A DNA stretch of 64,000 bases from an uncultured Spirochaetales bacterium (GTDB taxonomy: Bacteria > Myxococcota_A > UBA9160 > JAFDET01): contig CAYTZH010000005.1 in assembly GCA_964442285.1 (NCBI GenBank), forward strand, positions 9,563 through 73,562, given 5' to 3'. Under the pieces are notes generated by a model. That model did not search any database. It was not told the origin of the DNA and was given only the letters and a program-made list of their open reading frames with translations. This document shows, in pieces, positions 35,000-44,370 of this stretch. Numbering within the stretch: the first letter of the stretch is position 1; each line of letters starts with the position of its first letter. The position numbers and the translations under genes are program-made.

Positions 35000-36091
35000 G
35001 TGGCGCTCCTGCGCGGATCCCGAGAGATCACGCTTCGCCTCCTCCTGGTCGCCGCATCGGGACTCGCCGTCCTGCTCGTCGGGGAGGCCGTCTGCCGCGC
35101 CTTCTTTCCGGACGAGCGGCTCCGCTACGCGCCGGACGACGCGGCCCTCTACATCATGCGGCCCAACCAGAGGGGCGTGCTGCAGCTCGCGAACGGGCGC
35201 CCCACGCCGCCGGTCCACATCAACAGCCTGGGCTTCCGGGGCGGAGAGCCGCCGCCCGATCCTGCGCGGCGCCTGCTCGTCCTCGGCGACTCCTTCGCCT
35301 TCGGCCAGGGCGTGGCGGAGGACGAGACGCTCGTGGCGCGTCTCGACCGCGCCCTCGGCGCCGAGTTGGCGGCCGTGAACGGGTCCCAGCCCGGCTACGG
35401 CCTGTTCCAGATGCGGGCGACCCTCGACCGCGTCGGGCCGTCGCTCCGGCCCGAGCACGTGGTGGTGATACTCTGGCAGGGAGACCTGCTCCGCCAGCCG
35501 CCGAGCGACGAGGAGCGCGCCCGCGTGCACCGGGCCAGCCGCCTCTTCGACCTGGTGAAGACGAGCGTCTTCGTCACCCACGTCTACCGCCGCTTCGAGC
35601 GCCTCGTGGCCAGCCACGGCGTGTACCTGCTCGACCTGCGGGTGGGCGAGCTGGAGGTGCCGGCTCCCGACGATCCCGAGCGGGTGGTGCGGGCCTACCT
35701 CCAGGGCTGGGAGGCCGACCGGCCCCGGCTGGCGGGCCTGGTGGAGCGCGCCCGGAGCCTCGGGGCGGGCACGAGCGTCGTCCTCTGGACCCGGGAGGGC
35801 TACGCCGGCCCCGGCGAGGCCGGGCTCGCCGGACGGCTCGAGGCGGAGCTCGCGGCGTTCGCCCGAGATCGAGACGTTTCCGTGACGTCCCTGCGTCGCG
35901 TCCTCGGCGCGCACCCGCGCGGCGCTCTGCTGATCCCGGGTGACGGCCACCCGACCGCCTTCGCCCACTGCCTGGTGGCGCAGCACGTGCTCGGGGCGCT
36001 GGCGTCGCACGGGTATGCTGCGGTCGAGCCCATCCGGTGTTCGCCGGGCCCCGAGGGGTCCGCGTCGACGGGAAACGCCGGGTCACGCTGA
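35000..36091 (+). CDS. Membrane-anchored SGNH/GDSL hydrolase family protein
   Basis: GGAGG RBS; TM anchor; INSLGFRG, LGDSFAFG, NGSQPGYG, DGHPTAFAH. Confidence 0.88.
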   Translation: MALLRGSREITLRLLLVAASGLAVLLVGEAVCRAFFPDERLRYAPDDAALYIMRPNQRGVLQLANGRPTPPVHINSLGFRGGEPPPDPARRLLVLGDSFAFGQGVAEDETLVARLDRALGAELAAVNGSQPGYGLFQMRATLDRVGPSLRPEHVVVILWQGDLLRQPPSDEERARVHRASRLFDLVKTSVFVTHVYRRFERLVASHGVYLLDLRVGELEVPAPDDPERVVRAYLQGWEADRPRLAGLVERARSLGAGTSVVLWTREGYAGPGEAGLAGRLEAELAAFARDRDVSVTSLRRVLGAHPRGALLIPGDGHPTAFAHCLVAQHVLGALASHGYAAVEPIRCSPGPEGSASTGNAGSR

Positions 36092-36114
36092 CGCCGCCCG
36101 ACGAAGGGCGGTAC

Positions 36115-36180
36115 GGTGAGGTCCGTCACATCCGATCCGGCCGAGTTGAACGATCAAGGTCGTCGGGCGCACGCCGAACC
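36115..36180 (+). promoter_or_regulatory. CRP-like box GGTGA-N6-TCACA (36115-36130) plus sigma28-like promoter TCAA-N15-GCCGAACC (36154-36180)
   Basis: 9/10 CRP match; sigma28 spacing exactly 15 nt. Confidence 0.6.
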
Positions 36181-36265
36181 GGCGAGGGCAGCCCGTCCCG
36201 ACCACCCGGGGTGGAGTGGGGGAGAAGGAGAGGGTCACCCGATGGAGAACTCGAGAGCGTCTCGC

Positions 36266-37297
36266 ATGAAGGAGCTCCGCAAGGCAGGTCTGCTGGTCGC
36301 GCTCATCGCCGTCGCGATGGGGGCCGGGACCGCGCAGGCCCAGGAGCAGCGGTGCAGCGACCTCGGAGCCGACTGCTTCTGCTCCGAGCCCATGAACACG
36401 AACCAGTACAAGGTGTACCCGGGGAACTCGGGGTTCTTCGGACTGAACGAGCCCAACTCGAAGCGCTGCCCGGGTCAGGTCGGCAACGACGGCTACATCT
36501 TCTACGACGGCCGCGGCGACCCGAGCAAGTCGAACAACAAGATCCATCCGGTCTCTGCGGCCGGCCTCGACCTGCCGCCCGAGGTCCAGTGGGTGTGGCG
36601 GAACACGTCCAGGAGCGGCGTATCCAACGCCACGACCCACTTCGACGTCATGCGGGACTCCAGCATCAAGAAGGTGTGCTGGCGCTACTACGTCCGGTAC
36701 TCCAACGACTACGTGGGCGACGAGACGCCGAGCTGCAACGCCAACAAGGCCCACCAGGCGGCGTTCAAGGGTGGCGGTCCGCTGCTCCACGCGGACAACA
36801 TGGATCACGTGGGCTCCAACTCGCAGCCGAAGATCCGCATGGACTTCTTCGACCGCGGCAACGGGCACCGGGTGTTCCTGCTCTCGGGCAACGGCTCCCT
36901 GCGCGAGTCGGACTGCTCCAACGAGTGGTGTCGCGTGGAGACCTGCATGGACGGCAACTTCGACAGCGGCACGGACTACTACGTCTGGAGCGAGTGGGCC
37001 GGCGTGGCCTCGGGCAAGACCTACACCTTCCCGCGCCAGTACGTGGGCAACAACCGCGACGGCGGGGGCATGACCGGCACCCAGATCAACATGTACCGCC
37101 AGAGCGACGGCTCGCCGGGCTGCCTCGGCCACAAGTGGATCTCCCACCTGATGGAGGCCCGCTTCGGCCATCGCGACCCGTCGGTCACGATCGGTCCCGC
37201 CTGCGAGATGGAGGGGACCTGCGGCGGTCAGGCCGGCGGCGGCGGCGGGGGCGGTGGCGCGCTGCCGCCTCCGGCGCGGCCCGAGCTGCTGCCCTAG
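36266..37297 (+). CDS. Secreted Cys-rich beta-sandwich protein with Gly/Pro C-terminal tail (alternative start 36242)
   Basis: Signal peptide ending AQA; FCSEPM, VCWRYY, EWCRVET, WISHLM; ends GGGGGGGALPPPARPELLP. Confidence 0.82.
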   Translation: MKELRKAGLLVALIAVAMGAGTAQAQEQRCSDLGADCFCSEPMNTNQYKVYPGNSGFFGLNEPNSKRCPGQVGNDGYIFYDGRGDPSKSNNKIHPVSAAGLDLPPEVQWVWRNTSRSGVSNATTHFDVMRDSSIKKVCWRYYVRYSNDYVGDETPSCNANKAHQAAFKGGGPLLHADNMDHVGSNSQPKIRMDFFDRGNGHRVFLLSGNGSLRESDCSNEWCRVETCMDGNFDSGTDYYVWSEWAGVASGKTYTFPRQYVGNNRDGGGMTGTQINMYRQSDGSPGCLGHKWISHLMEARFGHRDPSVTIGPACEMEGTCGGQAGGGGGGGGALPPPARPELLP

Positions 37298-37304
37298 GGC
37301 CGGC

Positions 37305-38813
37305 TCAGGGGCTCGACTCGATCGGGGCGTCCGTGCTGCGCGGACGCCCCGATCTGCTTCGGGGCTCGCCCTCCGGGTCGGGCTCCCCGGCCCGGCCGGG
37401 CAGGCGTTCGTGGAAGAGGGCAAGGGTCTGGCTCTTGGCGCCGTAGTGCAGGGGATAGAGATCCACCAGCCGGGTGCGCTCGCGCAGGTGCTCGAGGAGG
37501 CGGGGGTCGTAGCCGGGGAGCAGGGACGGGGTCCAGTAGATCGCGTACCAGACGCCGCCGGTGTCCTCGTCCCAGGCGTCGGGCGCTCCCGCCCGCTCCT
37601 GGAAGCGCTCGCGGAGCCAGTCGTTGTCCTTCTCGCCCAGGTAGTAGACGGCCGCGTCGCCGTCGGCCGCCACGAGCACCTCGTCGGGTCGGCGCTCGGC
37701 GGCCACCCGCTGGGTCAGCTCGTGCCAGCGGGGCTTGAGGCCGTTCCAGAACAGGTAGTAGTGGGCGAGGTCGTTGGCGGCAGCGACGAAGAAGGCGGCG
37801 ACCAGGGTCGCCAGGGCCCAGCGTCCGACGGCGTCCTGGGCGGAGCCGAGGAGCCGGTCGCAGGCCACGCCGGCGAGGGCGGCGACGGCCAGCAGCGAGG
37901 TCAGACAGTACGCGCCGGAGGCGATCGTGAACTGGGCGGCCGCCACCACCAGGACCGCCGGCACGGCGCCGAACAGCAGCAGGAGCGGGGCCAGGGCGCT
38001 GCGCTCGCGCGCGAGGTAGAGGGCCCCGCCCAGGGCGGGCAGGGCGAGATAGGGCGGCACGTAGAAGGCCAGGCTGCCCGCCACGTTCCAGGGCGGGTTC
38101 CAGGCCGTCTTGTACTCGAGCAGGTAGCGCCCCACCGAGAGGTACACGGGCGCGTACAGGAGCAGCGGCACGCCGACGGCGATCGCGGCGACGAGGGCAC
38201 GCCGGAAGGCGGGGGCGGCGGCGCCCTCGGGCCCGCGCAGCGCGGCCGCGCCGGCCCCGACCGCGAACAGGCCGAGCGCGCCGCCGTAGAAGCCCGAGGA
38301 CGAGTGGGTGAAGAGCGCCGCCAGGAGGGGGAGGGAGAGCCAGACCAGGCCGACACGTCGTCCCTCGCGGAACCAGAGGCAGAAGCCGTGGAGCGCCAGC
38401 AGCAGGAGCAGCGTCTGCAGGGCGAAGTGGCGCGCGTTCTGGGACCAGTACACGTGCCAGAAGGAGAGGGCGAGCAGGACCGCGGCGAACCGCGCCGGGC
38501 GCTCGCCGAGCCAGCGCCGGGACAGCAGATAGAAGAGCCCGACGGTTGCCACTCCGAACGCGAACGACGGCAGACGGGCCGCCACGATGTCCACCCCGAG
38601 CCAGCGCGTGGTCCCGCCCGTGACCCAGAAGTTCAGCGGGGCCGTGCGGTACATGGGCCCCTCGCGGAACTCGCCCGAGGCGCTCACCCAGAGGGTCTGG
38701 ACCTCGTCGGTCCACACGTCCCAGGATTCGAGCCCGATCCAGCGGAGGAGCGCCGCGCCGGCGGTCAGGATCGCGAGGAAGGAGAGGGAGGCCCGGTGGT
38801 CCGGGGCGGTCAC
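37305..38813 (-). CDS. Polytopic GT-C glycosyltransferase (GT39/PMT_2/ArnT-like)
   Basis: WTDEVQT, APLNF, ARLPS, HVYWSQNARHFAL; many TM helices. Confidence 0.88.
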   Translation of the reverse strand: MTAPDHRASLSFLAILTAGAALLRWIGLESWDVWTDEVQTLWVSASGEFREGPMYRTAPLNFWVTGGTTRWLGVDIVAARLPSFAFGVATVGLFYLLSRRWLGERPARFAAVLLALSFWHVYWSQNARHFALQTLLLLLALHGFCLWFREGRRVGLVWLSLPLLAALFTHSSSGFYGGALGLFAVGAGAAALRGPEGAAAPAFRRALVAAIAVGVPLLLYAPVYLSVGRYLLEYKTAWNPPWNVAGSLAFYVPPYLALPALGGALYLARERSALAPLLLLFGAVPAVLVVAAAQFTIASGAYCLTSLLAVAALAGVACDRLLGSAQDAVGRWALATLVAAFFVAAANDLAHYYLFWNGLKPRWHELTQRVAAERRPDEVLVAADGDAAVYYLGEKDNDWLRERFQERAGAPDAWDEDTGGVWYAIYWTPSLLPGYDPRLLEHLRERTRLVDLYPLHYGAKSQTLALFHERLPGRAGEPDPEGEPRSRSGRPRSTDAPIESSP

Positions 38814-39517
38814 CGCCAGCCTCGCCAGCGCCACCACCACAGGCGGACGAGGTCCCGGACGACCTGCCAGGGGACGCCCGCGGCCACGAGCTTGCTCTCC
38901 CGCCGGCTGATGGTCTGCACCGGCACCTCGCACACGCGGCCGCCGCCGTCCTGCAGGCGCAGCAGCACCTCCGTATCCCACAGCCAGCCGGTGCTGCGCA
39001 CGTGGGGGACGATCCGACGGATCACCTCGCCGCGGAAGATCTTGAGGCCCGCCTGGTGGTCGCTCACCTGGGAGCGGAAGAGCACGCGAACGCCCGCGTT
39101 GTAGAGGCCCGTCACCAGCCGCCGCAGGGGAGGGCGGCTGCGCATGGTCTCCGGGGCCAGGTTCTTCGAGGCGACCACGGCCTGGAACTCCGGCCCGAGG
39201 GCCTCCACCAGCTGCGATACGTAGGCGGGCTCGATCTCGAGGTCGGCGTCCAGGAAGCCGGCGAGCTCACCCCGGGTCTCCTCCAGGGCCGCCGAGAGGA
39301 TGGCGCCCTTGCCCGCGTGGGGCCGCGAGACGACGCGCACGCGGGGAAGCTCCAGGGAGCGAACCCGAGCCGCGGTGCCGTCGCTGGAGCCGTCGTCGCC
39401 CACGAGGATCTCGTAGTCGGCGCCGAAGCGGGTGGCGAGTACGCCGTCGACGGCACGCACCGACGACTCGATCAGCTCCGCTTCGTTCCAGGCGGGCAGC
39501 ACCAGGGAGAGCTTCAC
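38810..39517 (-). CDS. GT2 polyprenol-phosphate glycosyltransferase (DPM/DPG synthase-like)
   Basis: LPAWNE, DDGSSDGT, GKGA, FLDADL, DHQAGLK, WDTEVL. Confidence 0.92.
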   Translation of the reverse strand: MKLSLVLPAWNEAELIESSVRAVDGVLATRFGADYEILVGDDGSSDGTAARVRSLELPRVRVVSRPHAGKGAILSAALEETRGELAGFLDADLEIEPAYVSQLVEALGPEFQAVVASKNLAPETMRSRPPLRRLVTGLYNAGVRVLFRSQVSDHQAGLKIFRGEVIRRIVPHVRSTGWLWDTEVLLRLQDGGGRVCEVPVQTISRRESKLVAAGVPWQVVRDLVRLWWWRWRGWR

Positions 39518-40452
39518 GCGCGGGCTTCCTGGCCCTCGAGACGGACGAGCGCGAGCTGGCAGCCGTAGCCGAACAGGATCAGGGGGAGGGTGATGAAGAC
39601 CCGAAAGAAGAGCGGTCCCGCGCCGGCGGCGACCGCTCCGTCGAGCAGGCGCGAGAGCTCGAGCATGCTGACGTCGAAGGTGCCGAGGCCCACCGGGAGG
39701 AGCGAGAGCACACCGACCAGGTAGGGCCCGAAGAAGGTGGCGGCCACGGTCTTGAGGGGCACGTCGGCGAGACCGAGCCCCGCGTAGATGAGCTGCATCT
39801 GGATCAGGGGCACGAGCCAGAGTGCCAGGGAGACGAGCGAGGCCACCAGGATCACCCGAGGGCGCCGCAGGAGCCCGTGCACCTCCCACCAGGCCGTCTG
39901 GAGGCTCGTCACGTGGTTCGCCGCGAGCAGCCGCTGGAGCACGGCCTTCAGCGGGCGGGTCAGCAGGCCGTCGTAGCGGAGCACCAGGCCGTAGCCCAGG
40001 GCCACGGCCAGGGCGAGCCCGCCCGTCACCGCCCAGGACGCGACGCCCGACGTGAAGTGCACGATGCCGCTCAGGGCGGCGAGCAGCACCAGGATCACCA
40101 GGTCGACGATCTTCTCGAAGCCCACGGTGCCCACCGCCTCGCCGCTGTCTTCCCGGGCCTGGAGCCCCCGGGAGAGCTCTCCGGCGGTGCCGGGGGTGAC
40201 CAGGCCGAGGAAGAAGGAGGCGTTCACCAGCAGGTAGGCCCGGGCCAGGGGCGTCTTGTCGGCGCCGCGCACGAGCAGCCCCCGCCAGCGGGCGAGCTTC
40301 AGGAGCCCGGGGAGGAGGTTCAGGGCCACGATCGCCACGGCGTAGCCGGCGGGGAAGTGGGCCGCGCGCCGGGTGAGCTCGCTCGGGTCCAGGCGCACCG
40401 CGTAGACCGCGAGCAGGGCGGTCGCGATGGCGAGAATGGCGTAGCGGCGCAC
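39514..40452 (-). CDS. Lysylphosphatidylglycerol synthase TM domain / flippase-like (UPF0104) protein
   Basis: RWRGLL, TPGTAGELSR, EKIVD, PVGLGTFD, FR; multiple TM helices. Confidence 0.85.
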   Translation of the reverse strand: MRRYAILAIATALLAVYAVRLDPSELTRRAAHFPAGYAVAIVALNLLPGLLKLARWRGLLVRGADKTPLARAYLLVNASFFLGLVTPGTAGELSRGLQAREDSGEAVGTVGFEKIVDLVILVLLAALSGIVHFTSGVASWAVTGGLALAVALGYGLVLRYDGLLTRPLKAVLQRLLAANHVTSLQTAWWEVHGLLRRPRVILVASLVSLALWLVPLIQMQLIYAGLGLADVPLKTVAATFFGPYLVGVLSLLPVGLGTFDVSMLELSRLLDGAVAAGAGPLFFRVFITLPLILFGYGCQLALVRLEGQEARA

Positions 40453-40703
40453 GGTCGTGCCTCCTGCCTGCAGTCGCCCTGACCCCCGGGGATGCTCTTC
40501 GGCGAGGCCGCGCCGCAGCTTAGGGGGCTCGGCGTCCCGGGCAAGGCCGTCGCCCCCGCGCGTGCATTTCCTGCGTGTTCCTGGGAACTTGGGCGTCACC
40601 CGTCGGGTTGTGGGTGGCTCTCTACTATGGTTAGGTTACGCCCCGCTCCCGTCGGAGCGGTCCTCGCGGCAAACGCTCGGCAGCACCTGGCCTGGGGGCA
40701 CGG

Positions 40704-41813
40704 ATGGCGGAGAACGGGGCACCGGCCCGCGACGAGCCGCAGTTCGGATTCTGGAAGTCCGTGGTCTTCAGCCTGGTGCTGATGGGCGCGGTCCTCGGCA
40801 GCGCCGAGCTGGCGGTCCGCGGCTGGGCCTACTTCCTGCGCGACGACGCCGAGAAGTACGATCTCGAAACCGGCACCTTCGTGCTGGTCCCGGGCCGACA
40901 CCGCTCCGTCCAGGGTACGGTCGAGATCAACAGCGCCGGCTTCGTGGGGGACGAGCTGCGCCCCGACGGCCCGGACCTCTGGCGCATCGCTTCCGTGGGC
41001 GACTCCTGCACCTTCGGCGGCGGCAACGGACGCCATACCTATCCCGCGAAGCTGCAGGGCCTGCTCGACCAGCGCGCCGTCCCCGGCCGTCGTTACGGGG
41101 TCGTCAACGCCGGGATCTCGGGTCTCGACAGCGGCCTGGCCCTGCGCCGGCTGCGCACCCGGGTGGTGCCCCTCGAGCCGGACGTGGTCACCGTCTACAT
41201 CGGCTGGAACGACCTGATGAAGGTCGATCCGCTGGGCCAGGCGGCGGAGTCGTCGCTGGCGGGCGCGGCCCGGGCCCTGGACCAGCTCTGGCTGGTGAAG
41301 GGCATGCGCAAGCTGGCCTTCATGCACATCCGGCCGTACCTGCGGCCCCCGAAGGTCGGTCCCGAGAGCCGCTCCGGCCGCTTCGCCGACTTCCGGCCGC
41401 CGATCTACGAGGAGAACGTGCGCGCCATGGTGGCCGCGATCCGGGAGGCCGACGCCGCCCCGGTGCTCGTCACCCTGCCCGGGGTGGTGCGAATGGACAT
41501 GTCCGCCGCCGAGCTCCGGGCCGCGGGCGTCTTCTTTCCGTGGTACCCGTCGGCCTACGCGGTGGGCGACTTCCTCGACCTGGTGGCGGCCTACAACCGG
41601 ACCCTGACGCGGGTGGCGGCCGAGGAGGGCGTGCCGCTGGTGGACCTCGCGGCGCGCTTCGCCCAGCTGGACGACCCGCGCCCCTACTTCTGGGACACCA
41701 TGCACCTGAGCGAGCCCGGCATGGAGCTGGCGGCCGAGACGCTGCTCGCGGGCCTGGACCGGCACGCGCTCCTCGGCCCGGCCCGCTCGGCGCGGGCCGG
41801 GGCGGTCGAGTGA
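40704..41813 (+). CDS. Membrane-anchored SGNH/GDSL hydrolase family protein
   Basis: AELAVR anchor, INSAGF, VGDSCTFG, NAGISG, GWND, DTMHL. Confidence 0.9.
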   Translation: MAENGAPARDEPQFGFWKSVVFSLVLMGAVLGSAELAVRGWAYFLRDDAEKYDLETGTFVLVPGRHRSVQGTVEINSAGFVGDELRPDGPDLWRIASVGDSCTFGGGNGRHTYPAKLQGLLDQRAVPGRRYGVVNAGISGLDSGLALRRLRTRVVPLEPDVVTVYIGWNDLMKVDPLGQAAESSLAGAARALDQLWLVKGMRKLAFMHIRPYLRPPKVGPESRSGRFADFRPPIYEENVRAMVAAIREADAAPVLVTLPGVVRMDMSAAELRAAGVFFPWYPSAYAVGDFLDLVAAYNRTLTRVAAEEGVPLVDLAARFAQLDDPRPYFWDTMHLSEPGMELAAETLLAGLDRHALLGPARSARAGAVE

Positions 41814-43123
41814 CGGCGGGCACCTCCGCCGCGACGCGCAGCGAGCTGCTGCCGGCCGCTTTGTCGGAGCCGCGCCCCGAACGCTCCCCGAGCGGGCTCC
41901 TGTTCGCGCTGCTCATGGGCTTCTTCGTTCTCGAGTACGCCCGTCCGCCCGGCATCGTCCAGCTGCGCCTGCAGATGCTGTTCATCCTGGCCTTCCCGGT
42001 GCTCTGGCTCTTCCTCTCCGATCGCCACTGGTCGCGGAACCTGACGCTCCACGCCGGGGTCGTCCTCGCCTGCGCCTCGGGGGTCCTCTATGCCACCAAC
42101 ACCTTCTCCTCCTACATCGTGACGCGCGGGATGTACGGCCACCTGGTGGTCGCCCTGGCGATCACCACGGTCCTGGCGACCTGGCGCAACCTCACCCTGG
42201 GGCTGTGGATCTGGGTCACGATCATGGCCTACCAGGCGTTCTACGCGATCACCCACGGCGGCCGCGGCTCGGGCGGCTTCTTCGGCGACGAGAACGACCT
42301 GGCCCTGGGCTGCGCCTGCGCCTTCTCGATCACCTTCGTCGGCGTGCGGGCCTTCTCGGGCTGGCGGCGCCTGGCCTCCATGGGCCTCACGGCGCTCTAC
42401 GCCGTGGCCATCGTCATCAGCTTCTCCCGCGGCGGCTTCGTCGCCCTGGCCGCCACGGCCCTCTACTGCGTGTGGACCGGGCGCAACCGCGTGCGCAACC
42501 TGCTCTTCGGCGCCGTCGGCGCCGGCCTCTTCTTCCTGCTGATCCCGGCCGAGTACAAGGCCGAGCTCCAGACCATCTCCGACACCGACTCCGGCACCGC
42601 GGACATCCGCCAGTTCATGTGGACCGCGGCCTACAACATGTGGAGCGACTACCCGGTCCTCGGCGTCGGCGCCGGCAACAGCAACTGGCGCATCGGGGAG
42701 TACCAGCCGCGCACGGGTCGCTTCGATGCGCCCCAGTACACCGAGCGGGACTGGTCGAGCCAGTCCGTGCACTCCGCCTTCTTCCAGCTCCTGGCGGAGC
42801 TCGGTGTGGTGGGTGTGGTCCTGTTCGGCCTCCTGCTCTGGGGACACTTCCAGACGTTGCGCGTGCTGCGCCTGGGCGCGGCAGACGACCCAACCCTCAC
42901 CCCCGCCCAGCGCCGGGAGGTCGAGCTCTACGCGGTGGGCCTCGGCGGGGCGATGGTGGGCTTCCTGGCGGGGGGGCTGTTCCTGTCGGTGATCTACTAC
43001 CCCTACCCCTGGTACTTCTGCGCCATGTCGGCGGCCTTCGTGCGCGCGGTCGGGGGGATGCGCGCGTCGGCGCCCGCCCCGGAGGCCGATCCCGCGCTGC
43101 AGCCCGCGCCGGTGGCGGGCTAG
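41810..43123 (+). CDS. O-antigen ligase / O-glycosylation ligase (Wzy_C) family protein
   Basis: GDENDLA, SFSRGGF, R..MW..A..M..DYPVLGVGAGN, HSAFFQLLAELG. Confidence 0.9.
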   Translation: MTAGTSAATRSELLPAALSEPRPERSPSGLLFALLMGFFVLEYARPPGIVQLRLQMLFILAFPVLWLFLSDRHWSRNLTLHAGVVLACASGVLYATNTFSSYIVTRGMYGHLVVALAITTVLATWRNLTLGLWIWVTIMAYQAFYAITHGGRGSGGFFGDENDLALGCACAFSITFVGVRAFSGWRRLASMGLTALYAVAIVISFSRGGFVALAATALYCVWTGRNRVRNLLFGAVGAGLFFLLIPAEYKAELQTISDTDSGTADIRQFMWTAAYNMWSDYPVLGVGAGNSNWRIGEYQPRTGRFDAPQYTERDWSSQSVHSAFFQLLAELGVVGVVLFGLLLWGHFQTLRVLRLGAADDPTLTPAQRREVELYAVGLGGAMVGFLAGGLFLSVIYYPYPWYFCAMSAAFVRAVGGMRASAPAPEADPALQPAPVAG

Positions 43124-43134
43124 CGGAGCGCGCC

Positions 43135-44328
43135 ATGGCCGGACGGGTCCTCGACGGGGTGCGCATCCTCGACCTCACCCGGGTGGTTGCCGGTCCGTTC
43201 GCCACGGCCATCTTCGCCGACCTGGGCGCCGACGTGGTCAAGGTGGAGCGACCGGGCACCGGCGACGACTACCGCTACGGCCCGTCGCAGAAGGGACAGA
43301 CCTCGCTCTCGTTCCAGAACGTGAACCGGGGCAAGCGCTCCATCACCCTGGACGTGCGCAAGCCCGGGGGTCGCGACCTGCTGCTGCGGCTGGCCGGCGG
43401 CGCCGACGCCCTGGTGGAGAACTTCCGGGCCGGCTGGCTGGCGGAGCAGGGTCTCTCGCCGGCGGTGCTCCAGGCGGCGAACCCCGCCCTCGTGGTCGCC
43501 TCCCTCTCGGGCTTCGGCGGCACCGGGCCCCTGGCGGGCCGGGCCAGCTACGACATCGTGGCCCAGGCCACCGGGGGTCTCCTGGCCATGACCGGCGCGG
43601 CCGACGGCCCGCCCCTGCGCGCGGGCGGGGCCCTCGCCGACTTCGTCGGCGGCCTCTACCTCGGCCTCGGGGTGGTGGCGGCGCTGCTCGAGCGCCGGCG
43701 CACTGGCCGCGGGCGGGTCCTCGACCTCTCGAACCAGGACGCGATCTTCGCGGTGACCGACTCCTGGGCCACCATCGCCCAGGGCCTCGGGGTGCCCGCC
43801 GAGCGCTGCGGCAACCAGCATCCGTTCACCGCGCCCTACGACTGCCACGCCACCCGCGACGGCCACGTCGTGGTGGGCACCGCCAGCAACAAGCTGTTCC
43901 GTCGCCTCTGCGAGGCCCTGGGTCGGCCCGCGCTGGCGGAGGACCCGAAGTTCCGCAGCCACCGGGGCCGGGCGGCGAACCGCCTCGAGATCAATGGCAT
44001 CGTCTCCGCCTGGGCGGCCGAGCGCACCTGCGACGAGGTGCTGGCGGCCCTCGGGCCGCAGGGCGCGGACGTGCCCTGCGCCCGGGTGGCCGGTCCCGAC
44101 GAGCTGGTGCACGACCCCCAGCTCCTCGCCCGGGGCATGGTGGAGCGCCACGCCCATCCGGAGCTCGGCGAGGTCGTCTTCCACGGCAACCCGCTGCGCT
44201 TCGACGACGCGGAGCCCCGCGCCCGCCCCCTGGCCCCGTCCCTGGGCGAGCACAACCGCGAGGTGTACGCGGAGCTCGGCCTGGACGCCGCCGAGCTCGA
44301 ACGCCTCGCCGCCGCGGGCGTGATCTAG
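43135..44328 (+). CDS. Family III CoA-transferase (CaiB/BaiF)
   Basis: AGPFA, DLGADVVKVE, NRGKRSITLD, ENFR, YDIVAQA, APSLGEHN. Confidence 0.95.
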   Translation: MAGRVLDGVRILDLTRVVAGPFATAIFADLGADVVKVERPGTGDDYRYGPSQKGQTSLSFQNVNRGKRSITLDVRKPGGRDLLLRLAGGADALVENFRAGWLAEQGLSPAVLQAANPALVVASLSGFGGTGPLAGRASYDIVAQATGGLLAMTGAADGPPLRAGGALADFVGGLYLGLGVVAALLERRRTGRGRVLDLSNQDAIFAVTDSWATIAQGLGVPAERCGNQHPFTAPYDCHATRDGHVVVGTASNKLFRRLCEALGRPALAEDPKFRSHRGRAANRLEINGIVSAWAAERTCDEVLAALGPQGADVPCARVAGPDELVHDPQLLARGMVERHAHPELGEVVFHGNPLRFDDAEPRARPLAPSLGEHNREVYAELGLDAAELERLAAAGVI

Positions 44329-44370
44329 CCGGCCGACGGCGCCGGCGGCGATGGATCATCGACCACCCGA

